Source of the DNA: Polyangiales bacterium
GTDB lineage: Bacteria > Myxococcota_A > Polyangia > Polyangiales > JADJQN01
Assembly (NCBI GenBank): GCA_964202905.1
Contig: CAXNJO010000003.1
Coordinates: 512,001-576,000 of the forward strand
Length of the DNA stretch: 64,000 nt
Reading direction: 5' to 3'
Positions 53,549 through 62,963 of the stretch are shown in pieces (the first letter of the stretch is position 1; every line of letters begins with the position of its first letter). The position numbers and the translations under genes are program-made. Under the pieces are notes generated by a model, which was not told the DNA's origin, did no database searches, and saw nothing but the letters and a program-made list of their open reading frames with translations.

Positions 53549-54855
53549 GCGGCGTCCCGCGCGTCGCTGACACCGGGGCCGGGCGACGCCGCGGACGCGG
53601 CGCGCGAGACGAGCAGACCGGCACGCCCGGCGGGCAGCGCGACGCGCGCGATGGTGCCGCGGGCCGTGGGCTCGAGCGCGATCGACGCGCGCGGTCCGAA
53701 GCGCTTCGCGAGGCGCTCTCGCAGCGTCGCGAGCGCGATCCCCGCGCCGAGCTCCGCGTGGGCGACGTGCGCCGCTTCGGGCACCGCGTCCGCGGCGTCC
53801 TCGACCTCGAGCACGAGCAGATCCCCCTCGAGCCGCGCGCGGACCTCGATCTCGCCCGCGCCCTCACGCGGCGCGATCCCGTGTTTCACCGCGTTCTCGA
53901 CGAGGGGCTGCAGGAGCAGCGCCGGCACCAGGATCCCAGCGGCCTCGGGCGCGATGCGCTGCCGCACGGTGAGGCGCTCGTCGCCGAGGCGCGCGCGCTC
54001 GATCGCGAGGTAGGCGCAGGCGTGCGCGACCTCGTCGCGGACGCTCGCTTCGTCGGGGTGCGAGAGCAGGTAGCGGTAGAGGTCGGCGAGATCGGAGACG
54101 AGCTCGCGCGCGCGCGGCGGATCGCGGCGGATCGTCGCGCGGAGCGCGTTCAGCGCGTTGAACAGGAAGTGCGGCTCGAGCTTGCGGCGCAGCGCCTCGA
54201 GCGCGGCAGCGTCCGCGGCGGCGCGGGCCTCGACCAGCGCGACGGCCGCCTCCTCGCGCGCGACGACGAGCCGTGCGACGACGACGAAGAGCGTGACGCC
54301 CGAGGCATTGACGACGAGCTTGATGAGGTGCGCCGGCCACGCGGGCAGGTAGCGCGCGGCGTGCCCGATCAGCAGGAGCGCGACACCCACGACGACGAGG
54401 TGGATCGCCTGGATCGCGAGGGAGCTCGCGAAGGCGCGCCACCCCTGAAACAGACGGGGCGCGCGCTTGGCGACGACGCCCGCGAGCAGGCCGTCGAGCA
54501 CCGACGCGAGCACGACGAAGGGCGCCGCCTGCGCGTCCGCGCGGGCCGCGGAGAAGAGCCCCCCGACGAGCCCCGCGAGCGCCCCCGCTTTGCGCCCGCC
54601 GAGCACCGCCGCGATGATCACGCCGATCGCGCGGACGTTGATGTGCTCGCCCTCGATCTCGATGCCGAGCATCGAGCCCCAGATCGCGAGCGCCATCCCG
54701 AGCAGCATGCCCGCGGCCTTGTCGACGCGGCGCCCGACGCCGAGCACGCGGTTGCGGAGCGGCGGGAAGAGCACCGCGACGAGCGCCGCGGCCGCGAGCA
54801 GGCCCATCTTCTCGGCGAGCTCGATCAGCAGCGTCCCCGGCGTCACTGGGAGCAC
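53545..54855 (-). CDS. LytS-family sensor histidine kinase (5TM-Lyt)
   Basis: INVRAIG...GG in the TM region, LEPHFLFNALN, LQPLVENAVKHG. GTGA overlap with the regulator. Confidence 0.93.
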   Translation of the reverse strand: MLPVTPGTLLIELAEKMGLLAAAALVAVLFPPLRNRVLGVGRRVDKAAGMLLGMALAIWGSMLGIEIEGEHINVRAIGVIIAAVLGGRKAGALAGLVGGLFSAARADAQAAPFVVLASVLDGLLAGVVAKRAPRLFQGWRAFASSLAIQAIHLVVVGVALLLIGHAARYLPAWPAHLIKLVVNASGVTLFVVVARLVVAREEAAVALVEARAAADAAALEALRRKLEPHFLFNALNALRATIRRDPPRARELVSDLADLYRYLLSHPDEASVRDEVAHACAYLAIERARLGDERLTVRQRIAPEAAGILVPALLLQPLVENAVKHGIAPREGAGEIEVRARLEGDLLVLEVEDAADAVPEAAHVAHAELGAGIALATLRERLAKRFGPRASIALEPTARGTIARVALPAGRAGLLVSRAASAASPGPGVSDARDAA

Positions 54856-54890
54856 GCTAGCACGCAGCCGGGCGCCGCCGCGGGAGGCAG

Positions 54891-57245
54891 TCAGGGCCCG
54901 GAGAGCCCGCGCACGTCCTCGAGGCGCACGGCGTCACCGAAGGCACCATCGACGCCGCTCGCCGCCGCGTCCCCGAGCTCGAGGATCGGCGGGGGAGGCG
55001 CGGCCTCCGTGTAGACGGGGTAGCGCACGATCACAGTGCCCTCGAAGCGCGGGACCTCGAGGGCGTCAAGGGCGCCGAGCAGACAGGCGCGCAGCGCGGG
55101 CGCGAGATCGCCGCCGAGCTCCGTGGAGACGAGCTCCCGGTCCGCGAGCGCGAACGCGATCGAGGCGCGCACGGCGTAGTCGGCGCGACCGGCCCGATCC
55201 GCCCGGAAACAGGCCCTCGCCGCCGGCACGACGCGCGCGCGGAGCATCGCGAGGAGGGTCTCGGCAGGCACCCCGCGGCCCTCCCGCGGGTTGCGCGACC
55301 GCGTCGTCGGGAGCTCCCCGGGCTCGCGCGGACGGAGCGGCGCAGGCGGGGCGGAGCGGCACGTCCGCGGCTCGACGAGCGCGACCGGCGCGGCGTCGCT
55401 GCTCACGCCGGACGCATGCGTCGCAGGGCCATGCGGCGTGCACGACGCGGCACGCTCCGCGACCGCGCTGGCGGGCACGGGCAGGCGCACGGCCGAAAGC
55501 GACGCGCCCTCCCCGGCCGCGCTGAGCCCCGCGGCGAGCCCCACCGCGAGCGCCCCGGACGCCGCACGCGCGCCGACACTGAGTCGCGGATATTCCTGTT
55601 TGATTTGATGCACTTCCGTAGAACTACCGGCGCGCATGCCCGCGAAGGAGAGCCGCGCGACGCCCGGCGCGTGGGGCGCCTGCCAGACGCGCTCCTCGCC
55701 CGCGCGGAGCGGCGGCAGGCGGTGCACCACGCCCCCGACGCGGACCGAGATTCCGTCGGCCACGACGGGCGCGAACAGCGCGGCGAGCCGCTCCTCGAGG
55801 CGCGCCGCGCCCGGATCACGGGGCGACGCATGCACGACGACACCGCCCGTCGCCGACGCGGCCTCCGCAAGCCGGGCCGCGGGCGGTCGCTCGCCGAGGT
55901 CGATGACCGAGAAACGCGCGCGCCCCGCACGCCACGTCGCGAACGCCGCGTCCAGCTCCGGGCTCGCGGTGAGGCCCCCGTCGCCCACGAGCACGACGTG
56001 CACGGGGAGCGGCGCGGCCGGGGCCTCCAACCACGGCGCGATCGCGCGGAGCGCGACGTCGAGGCGCGTGGCCGAACCGAGCTCCGTCTGCGCGGCCTGC
56101 GCGAGATCGCCGAGGGGCGCCTGCGCGGCGGCGACCGGCGCCGAGAGGACCGTCTCGGCGCGCGCGCCGAACGCGACCGCGCGCACCTGCGAACCGGACG
56201 GCGCCGCGCCGAGCAGGGCCGCGAGCGCGGGCTCGACGCGACCGCGCGCCGGGCCGAGCGTCGAAGGCGACGCGTCGAGGAGCAGCACGATCGACACAGG
56301 CCCGCCTTGCCGCGCCCCCGACGCGACGCGAAACCGCGTGCACGCGCGCTTCCCGCAGCGGGCGCGCCACCCGCTCAGCGTCAGCGGCGCGCCGCGCGGC
56401 AGCGTGGCCGCCAGCTCGACGGGGAACCACGGCTCCACGGTGGCCGCGACCTCGTCCGTCGGCAGACCATCGGCGGTCGCGGCGAGCATCGCCGGCGCGC
56501 GCACCGTGAGACGTGCCGCCGCCGCCCGCGGGTCCTCCCCACGCGCGGGGATCACGACGCGCGCGACGCCGCCCACGACCGGCGCCGACGCGATCCAGCG
56601 CACGCGCACGCGCAGCGGATGCCCCGGCCGCACCGGCGCCGCGCGCACGATCACGGCGTCTCCGCGCGCGTCGGTCACGCGCCGCGCATGGGCGACGGGG
56701 GCCGGTGCGTCGGTCGCCTCGGCGGGCCGCGCACGCACCGCGTCGTCGTAGGCCGCGTCGCCCTCCGGCCCGGCCGTGAGCCCCTCGCGGCAGCGCGTGT
56801 CCTCGCAGACCTCGAGCCCGGCGAGCCACGCGCCGACGGGCACCGCGAGTCGGTAACGGAGCTCGACCGGTCCACGCGACGTCGTCACGACGTCGAGCGT
56901 GTGCGCCACGCTCGCGAGCCCGTCGTCGAGGACCGCCTCGATGGCGTGCGCGGTCTCGCGTACGCCGCTCGGCGCCGTGAGCACCTCACCCTCGCGCACG
57001 GGCAGTTCCGGCGGCACCGGCCCGCGCGACGCGCGCTCCCGGCGGGCGCGCGCTTCGGCCTCGGCGAGCGCGTCGAGGTCCCCGTCCGCGAGCGGATCCG
57101 CGTCGCCCGCGGATGCCGTCGGCAGCCCGTCCCCCATCGATACGCCCTGCCCTCTCACGCGCGGCGGGTCCGCATGCACGCGCCCGCGGCCCGCGGGACC
57201 GAGCGCGCAGGCGAGCGCACAGGCGAGCAGAGCGACGCGACGCAT
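54891..57245 (-). CDS. Secreted VIT-like + vWA domain protein with AgmX/PglI-like C-terminal domain
   Basis: Signal peptide; VELRYRLAVPVGAWLAGLEV (VIT-like); VLLLDASPS, VLVGDG (vWA); C-terminal ARACF...LRACL...VIVRYP. Confidence 0.7.
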   Translation of the reverse strand: MRRVALLACALACALGPAGRGRVHADPPRVRGQGVSMGDGLPTASAGDADPLADGDLDALAEAEARARRERASRGPVPPELPVREGEVLTAPSGVRETAHAIEAVLDDGLASVAHTLDVVTTSRGPVELRYRLAVPVGAWLAGLEVCEDTRCREGLTAGPEGDAAYDDAVRARPAEATDAPAPVAHARRVTDARGDAVIVRAAPVRPGHPLRVRVRWIASAPVVGGVARVVIPARGEDPRAAAARLTVRAPAMLAATADGLPTDEVAATVEPWFPVELAATLPRGAPLTLSGWRARCGKRACTRFRVASGARQGGPVSIVLLLDASPSTLGPARGRVEPALAALLGAAPSGSQVRAVAFGARAETVLSAPVAAAQAPLGDLAQAAQTELGSATRLDVALRAIAPWLEAPAAPLPVHVVLVGDGGLTASPELDAAFATWRAGRARFSVIDLGERPPAARLAEAASATGGVVVHASPRDPGAARLEERLAALFAPVVADGISVRVGGVVHRLPPLRAGEERVWQAPHAPGVARLSFAGMRAGSSTEVHQIKQEYPRLSVGARAASGALAVGLAAGLSAAGEGASLSAVRLPVPASAVAERAASCTPHGPATHASGVSSDAAPVALVEPRTCRSAPPAPLRPREPGELPTTRSRNPREGRGVPAETLLAMLRARVVPAARACFRADRAGRADYAVRASIAFALADRELVSTELGGDLAPALRACLLGALDALEVPRFEGTVIVRYPVYTEAAPPPPILELGDAAASGVDGAFGDAVRLEDVRGLSGP

Positions 57246-57391
57246 CGGTCGGGAGCCTGTCACGCACGTCCCGACGCCGCCCGGGGCGGGAGGTTCCACG
57301 AGGCCATCTTCCCGACGCACATCTCGACCCGCACGCTGCTATGCTCGCGCCCACGTGTGCCGCGTCGGCGCGCCAAGGAGAGACGAGCGAG

Positions 57392-58615
57392 ATGGGGATC
57401 GTCGATTTCATCCGCAGCGGCGTTCAGGAGATCGCGATCGCGCGGCCCGCCGACAAGAAGGACCTCCTCGTCTTCAAGTGGCCGGACCCGACCGTGCCGA
57501 TGTTCAGCCAACTCACCGTCGATGCCGACGAGGCGGCGGTCTTCTTCCGCGACGGTTCGATCGTCGGCACGCTGCGCACGGCCGGCGCGGGCCAGCGGCA
57601 CACGCTCTCGACGCAGAACATCCCGTTCCTCTCGAACTTCGTCGACTCCTTCACGGGCGGCCGCGTCTTCAAGACGGATCTCTTCTTCGTCACGACGCGC
57701 CCCGTCTACGACCTCACCTTCGGGGGCGAGCTCGGGCCGGTGAGCGATCCGATGCTCGGCGAGCTCGTGGTGCCGAAGATCTACGGATCGGCCGCCTTCC
57801 AGGTCGTCGATCCGGAGGCCTTTCTCCTGAAGTACACGGGCATGCGGCAGTCGGGCGCCGACGATCTCAAGTGGATCAAGGGCCTGCTGATGAACAGCAT
57901 CCGCACGGTCGTCGGCGAGGTGCTCGTCAGCGAGCAGAAGTCGATGCTCGAGCTGCTGCCGATGCAGTCGATGCTCGCTGAGCGCTTCCTCGCGCGGGCG
58001 CCCGATCTCAACGCGATCGGCGTGCGGCTGCTCGGGATGGGCGAGTTCCGCCTGAACCTCGGCGACGCCGACATGGAGAAGCTCTCGGAGGCGCAGTCCG
58101 AGCTCGGCAAGGCGCAGCGCAGCGCGCGCATCGCGAACATCGGGATCGCCGAGGCCGAGGCGAAGGCGAAGCAGCGCCAGTTCGAGCTCGACCAGTCGTT
58201 CCAGAACGAGGCGCGCTACGTCCAGCAGCTCGCCGGCGGCGACGTCGGCACGTACGCGGCGAGCCGCGCGATGATCGGCGCCGGCGCCGGGATGGCCAAG
58301 GGCGGTGAGGGCGGCGCGGGCAGCCCGATGATGGCGGGCGCGGGCCTCGGTGTCGGCATGGGGATGGCCGGGATGCTTCAGCAGGGATTGCAGGCGCGCC
58401 CGCAGGCTGCCCCGCCCGTGGCTGCCCCGGCGGCCGCCGGGGGCGCCGCGAGCGTGACGTGCGGCGCGTGCAATGCGACCGTCCCGCCCGGCAAGTTCTG
58501 CCAGGAGTGCGGCGCGAGCCTCACGCCGCGCCCGAAGTTCTGCCCCTCGTGCGGGACGCAGGGCGCCGCGGGCGCGAAGTTCTGCGCCAACTGCGGCACG
58601 AATTTCGGCACCTGA
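57392..58615 (+). CDS. SPFH (YdjI-like) domain protein with C-terminal double zinc ribbon
   Basis: AAGGAG RBS; SQLTVDADEAAVFFRDG, HTLSTQNIPFL, GAGLGVGMGMA, CGAC/CQEC/CPSC/CANC. Confidence 0.9.
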   Translation: MGIVDFIRSGVQEIAIARPADKKDLLVFKWPDPTVPMFSQLTVDADEAAVFFRDGSIVGTLRTAGAGQRHTLSTQNIPFLSNFVDSFTGGRVFKTDLFFVTTRPVYDLTFGGELGPVSDPMLGELVVPKIYGSAAFQVVDPEAFLLKYTGMRQSGADDLKWIKGLLMNSIRTVVGEVLVSEQKSMLELLPMQSMLAERFLARAPDLNAIGVRLLGMGEFRLNLGDADMEKLSEAQSELGKAQRSARIANIGIAEAEAKAKQRQFELDQSFQNEARYVQQLAGGDVGTYAASRAMIGAGAGMAKGGEGGAGSPMMAGAGLGVGMGMAGMLQQGLQARPQAAPPVAAPAAAGGAASVTCGACNATVPPGKFCQECGASLTPRPKFCPSCGTQGAAGAKFCANCGTNFGT

Positions 58616-58684
58616 GCGGCGCTGGGACGGGCGCCGCACGCGCTTGCGTGCGCGCCTCGACCCTCGTTAGACTCGTCGTCCCCG

Positions 58685-60421
58685 ATGCGCTTCTGTCCCC
58701 GCTGCGGCACCCGCTTCCTCGCGGCCGAGCCATTCTGCCCGCACGACGGCTCGGCGACCCAGGACCTCCCCGACGAGGTCCAGGTCGACACGCTGCTCGG
58801 CACGGTCGTCGACGGGCGCTACCGCATCGAGAAGCGCATCGGCGAGGGCGGCATGGGCATCGTGTACGCGGCGACGCACACGATGCTCGGCAAGCGCCTC
58901 GCGCTGAAGGCCCTGCGCGGCGAGGTCGCGCGCGATCCGGACGTCGTGCAGCGCTTCATCACCGAAGCGCAGGCCGCGACGTCGATCGGCCACGAGAACA
59001 TCATCGACATCTCGGACTTCGGCCGGTTCCCCGACCGCACCGTGTACTTCGTCATGGAGTACCTCGACGGCGAGGCGCTGACGAGGCTCATCCGGCGCGG
59101 CGGGTCCATCCCCGTCCGCGAAGCGGTGCACATCATCCGGCAGATCGCCAGCGCGCTCGGCGCGGCGCACACGCGCGGGATCGTCCACCGCGACCTCAAG
59201 CCGGACAACATCTATCTGATCAAGCGCGGCGGGGGAACGACCGCCAACTTCGTGAAGGTGCTCGACTTCGGCATCGCGAAGGTCGGCGGCGCCTCCAGCA
59301 AACTCACGAAGACGGGCATGGTCTTCGGCACGCCGCACTACATGTCCCCCGAGCAGGCCGCCGGGCAGACCGTCGATCAGCGCACGGACATTTATGCGCT
59401 CGGCGTGATCATGTACGAAATGTTCGTCGGCAAGGTGCCCTTCGACGCCGACACGTTCATGGGCATCCTGACGAAGCACATGTTCGAGCCGCCCGTGCCG
59501 CCGTCGCAGACGTCGTCGGGCGCGGGCAACCGGCTCGGTGCCCTCGAAGACATCACGCTGAAGGCCCTGCAGAAGAGGCCCGAGCACCGGCACCAGTCGA
59601 TGGGCGAGCTGCTCGCGGACCTGGACCGCGTCGCAGGCGGGGGCCAGATGGTCCTGGGCGCTGCGGCGGGGATCACGCCCCCCGACAACCTCGCCGACGC
59701 GCTCGAGCCCCCCTCGCGCACCGAGTTGCGGCTCTCGACCCCGTCGCCGCCCTTCGACATGCGGGGCGCCGGTGGCGGGGGATCCGTCGAGCCCGCTGCC
59801 AGACCGCGGCGCGGACTCCCGCTCGTCGTCGTGGGGAGCGTGCTGCTCGCGCTGGTCGGCGTCGTCGTCGGAGGCTTTGCGTTCTTGTTGACCCGCGCCG
59901 GGGTCGCGGATGGGCTCGCGATGCGCGCGGCGGCCGAGCCCGCGGTGATCGACGCGCAGGCTGCGGCGGCGAGGGTCCCCGAGGACGCCACGCCGCAGGT
60001 CCCAGTCCCCGTGGTGCCCGCCCCCGTCGCGGCCATGGCGCCGATGGGCGCCACGCCGCTGGCGCCGCCCGCCGCGCCGCAGGCCCCGGTCGCCGCCCTC
60101 GAGCCGCTCTGGATCGACTCCAACCCCTCGGGTGCGGAGGTCTACCAGGGCGAGGCGCTCATCGGGAACACGCCCGTGCAGCTGCCGCGGCCGAGCGGCG
60201 CCGCGCAGTTGGCGCTGCAGGTCCGCGCCTCCGGGCACCGTCCGCAGGACGTCCTCGTCAGCGCGATGACCCCAGCGCGCCTGAACGTGCAGCTCTCGCC
60301 GACGGTCGGCACCTCGTCACCGCGCCCCGCGCGTCCGACCGGCACGGTCGCGGCGAGCCCCCCGCGGCCACGGCGGCTGACCCCCAGCGCCAGCGACCTC
60401 ACGGACCCGTGGGGGCCGTGA
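58685..60421 (+). CDS. Membrane Ser/Thr kinase with N-terminal zinc-ribbon-like motif and C-terminal PEGA domain
   Basis: CPRC...CPHD, GEGGMG, LALK, HRDLKPDN, DFG, GTPHYMSPEQ, TM, DSNPSGAEV...GNTP. Confidence 0.94.
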   Translation: MRFCPRCGTRFLAAEPFCPHDGSATQDLPDEVQVDTLLGTVVDGRYRIEKRIGEGGMGIVYAATHTMLGKRLALKALRGEVARDPDVVQRFITEAQAATSIGHENIIDISDFGRFPDRTVYFVMEYLDGEALTRLIRRGGSIPVREAVHIIRQIASALGAAHTRGIVHRDLKPDNIYLIKRGGGTTANFVKVLDFGIAKVGGASSKLTKTGMVFGTPHYMSPEQAAGQTVDQRTDIYALGVIMYEMFVGKVPFDADTFMGILTKHMFEPPVPPSQTSSGAGNRLGALEDITLKALQKRPEHRHQSMGELLADLDRVAGGGQMVLGAAAGITPPDNLADALEPPSRTELRLSTPSPPFDMRGAGGGGSVEPAARPRRGLPLVVVGSVLLALVGVVVGGFAFLLTRAGVADGLAMRAAAEPAVIDAQAAAARVPEDATPQVPVPVVPAPVAAMAPMGATPLAPPAAPQAPVAALEPLWIDSNPSGAEVYQGEALIGNTPVQLPRPSGAAQLALQVRASGHRPQDVLVSAMTPARLNVQLSPTVGTSSPRPARPTGTVAASPPRPRRLTPSASDLTDPWGP

Positions 60422-60480
60422 CGTCGGCGCCCCGTGCGTCGACGCGCCCCACGCGACGCCGCAGCCAGACCGTGCTCGCC

Positions 60481-62139
60481 ATGTTTCGCGGCGGGCCCTT
60501 CCGCACGGCGCGCCTCGCCCTCACCTGCCTGGCGCTCGTTGGGGCCGGGCTCGCGGGATGCGGCGGGAGCGCGACGCCCGTTCGATTCGGCGGCGACGCC
60601 ATCACGGAAGATTCCATCACTGCGCCGGCCGCGGGCGCCGAGCGCTACGCGTCGTCCCCGACGCAGGCTGAGGCGGTGGTCGGCGGCGGCGACACGCGCG
60701 CGGTCGAGGCGGGCGTACGCCGCGCAGCGGGCGAGCGCGGCCTGACGATCGCGCCGGACGCGCGGCTCGGCCTGCTCGCGGCCTGGACGGCCGAGCGGCT
60801 CGGTGACGCGGGCGAGCCGCCTGCGCACGAGGTCGTCGAGTTCTTCACGCGGCACCTCGGGCTCGTCGAGGCCGTGCCGCACCTGCTCGTGCTCGGCCAC
60901 GGTGATCCGGCGGCGATCGAGGAGAGCGTGCGCGCCTCGGTCGCGCAGTTCCTCGCGCGCCAGCCCTACGACTATTACGGCGCGGCGGTCGTCCCACGCA
61001 CGGGCCTCACGCTCGTGGTGGTGACGCTCTCGTCGCGCCCGGTGGAGCTCGCGCCGATCGCGCGGCGGCAGCCGGTGGGCGCGCGCGCCGTGTTGCGGGG
61101 ACGCCTGCTCGGTGCGCTCCGCAGGCCCGCGTTCGCGGTCACGCAACCGAGCGGCGAGGTGCTGCGCGTGCCGGGTGGCGAGGGCCCGTCGTTCGACGTC
61201 GCGATCCCGCTCGAGGGCGCGGGCGTGCACCGCGTCGAGCTGCTCGCGCAGGGCGCGCGGGGCGACACGGTGGTCGCGAATTTCCCGCTTTTCGTCGGGG
61301 TCGAGCCGCCCGCGTCGGTCACGCTCGCGGCAGGCGGCGACGCGGCCAGCGAGGGCAGCACGGCCGAGGTCGAGGCGCGGCTCTTCGAGCTGCTCAACGC
61401 GTCGCGACGCGCGCAAGGGCGCGCACCGCTGACGCGCGACGCGGCGATCGATCGCGTCGCCGCCGCGCACAGCCGGGACATGGTCGCGAGCGGCTTCATC
61501 GGGCACGCCTCGCCGACGACGGGAAGCCCTGCCGAGCGCGTCGAGCGCGCGGGCTTGCGGAGCGGCCTCGTGCTCGAAAACATCGGGCGGGCCTACGGCG
61601 CGCGCGCGCTGCACGACGGACTGCTCGAGAGCCCTGGGCACCGCGCGACGCTGCTGAATCCCGACGTCACGCACGTCGGCCTCGGCGTCGTCGCGGACGC
61701 GGAGGGCGGGCGCACGGCCTGGGTCGCGACGGAGGTCTTCCTGCGCATGGCCCGCGAGATCGACCTCGCGGCCGCGCCCGGCGAGCTGCTGGCGCTGCTC
61801 AACCGCGCCCGCACCGCGCGCGGGAGCGCCCCGCTCGAGAGCGAGCCCAACCTCACGCGGGCCGCGGGCGAGGCCGCCGCGCAGTTCTTCGCCGACCCGC
61901 GCAGCACGCAGCAGGACGTCGTCGACGACGCGAGCGCCAGCCTCCGCCGCTTCGCCATCCAGTTCCGACGGATCGGCGGCTTGATGGCCGTCGTCACCGA
62001 TCTGTCCGAGGCCGGCAGCCTCGAGCCGGCGCTCGACGGCGAGGTCCGCTACGTCGGCGTCGGCGTCGCGCAGGGGACACGCGCGGACTCGGGGGCGAAC
62101 GCGATCGCGGTCGTCATCCTGCTCGGCTGGAGCCGCTGA
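60481..62139 (+). CDS. CAP/SCP domain lipoprotein
   Basis: Lipobox LAGC; LLNASRRAQG, AAAHSRDM, ENIG, ESPGHRATLL, VGLGV; a second degenerate CAP repeat. Alternative GTG start at 60418 overlaps the kinase stop. Confidence 0.85.
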   Translation: MFRGGPFRTARLALTCLALVGAGLAGCGGSATPVRFGGDAITEDSITAPAAGAERYASSPTQAEAVVGGGDTRAVEAGVRRAAGERGLTIAPDARLGLLAAWTAERLGDAGEPPAHEVVEFFTRHLGLVEAVPHLLVLGHGDPAAIEESVRASVAQFLARQPYDYYGAAVVPRTGLTLVVVTLSSRPVELAPIARRQPVGARAVLRGRLLGALRRPAFAVTQPSGEVLRVPGGEGPSFDVAIPLEGAGVHRVELLAQGARGDTVVANFPLFVGVEPPASVTLAAGGDAASEGSTAEVEARLFELLNASRRAQGRAPLTRDAAIDRVAAAHSRDMVASGFIGHASPTTGSPAERVERAGLRSGLVLENIGRAYGARALHDGLLESPGHRATLLNPDVTHVGLGVVADAEGGRTAWVATEVFLRMAREIDLAAAPGELLALLNRARTARGSAPLESEPNLTRAAGEAAAQFFADPRSTQQDVVDDASASLRRFAIQFRRIGGLMAVVTDLSEAGSLEPALDGEVRYVGVGVAQGTRADSGANAIAVVILLGWSR

Positions 62140-62212
62140 GCCGCGCGTCCACGTTGTAGCGCGCACGACGGGATGACCCCGCGGTGCACGCAAATCAGAG
62201 AGAAGAAAGACC

Positions 62213-62845
62213 ATGAAGATCGGTGTCGTCGGATCGGGCGACGTCGGGCAGACCCTCGCCGCGGGGCTCGCGAAGCTGGGGCACGAGGTACGGATCGGCA
62301 GCCGCGAGGGCCATCGCCTCGCGGCGTTCTCGGCGTCGTCGGGCGTGCCCGAGGGCCGCTTCGCCGACGTCGCGCGCGAGGCGGAGGTCGTCATCCTCGC
62401 CGTGAAGGGCGAGGTCGCGGAGGGCCTCGTGCGGGACCTCGCGGACGCGCTCGCGGGCAAGCCGGTGCTCGACACGACGAACCCCATCGGCGGTCCGCCG
62501 AAGGACGGCATTCTCCCCTACTTCACCGCCGCGAACGAGTCGCTCCTCGAGCGCCTGCAGGCCGCCGTGCCCGCCGCGAAGTTCGTGAAGTTCTTCAACA
62601 GCGTGGGCACCGGACTCATGGTCCACCCGAAGCTGCCGGGCGGGACGCCGTCGATGTTCGTCTGCGGCAACGACGCCGACGCGAAGGCGACCGCCGCCGC
62701 CCTCGCGCGCGCGCTCGGCTGGAACGTCGAAGACCTCGGGACCGCGGCCGCCGGCCACGTCCTGGAGGCCCTTTGCCAGCTGTGGTGCGCCCCCGGCTTC
62801 CTGCGCAACGACTGGGCGCACGCCTTCGCCGTCCTGCGCCCCTGA
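62213..62845 (+). CDS. NAD(P)-binding oxidoreductase (F420H2:NADP oxidoreductase-like family)
   Basis: MKIGVVGSGDVG Rossmann motif, LDTTNP, VKFFNSVG, MFVCGND. Confidence 0.9.
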   Translation: MKIGVVGSGDVGQTLAAGLAKLGHEVRIGSREGHRLAAFSASSGVPEGRFADVAREAEVVILAVKGEVAEGLVRDLADALAGKPVLDTTNPIGGPPKDGILPYFTAANESLLERLQAAVPAAKFVKFFNSVGTGLMVHPKLPGGTPSMFVCGNDADAKATAAALARALGWNVEDLGTAAAGHVLEALCQLWCAPGFLRNDWAHAFAVLRP

Positions 62846-62963
62846 CCCCGGCGCGCCGGGGCTCGCGCTACGCGGCGGCGAGCCCCGGTGGCACACCGCG
62901 CGGGCGAACGCTGCCACGCGATTGACCCTTGGCCGCCGGGGCCCCCTCCAGTACGGTCTCCCC

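Noticed and set aside
58459..60417. 1226-aa ORF suggesting a kinase-CAP fusion
   Set aside because: The first ~650 aa are an alternate frame of the kinase gene. The CAP protein begins at 60418 or 60481.
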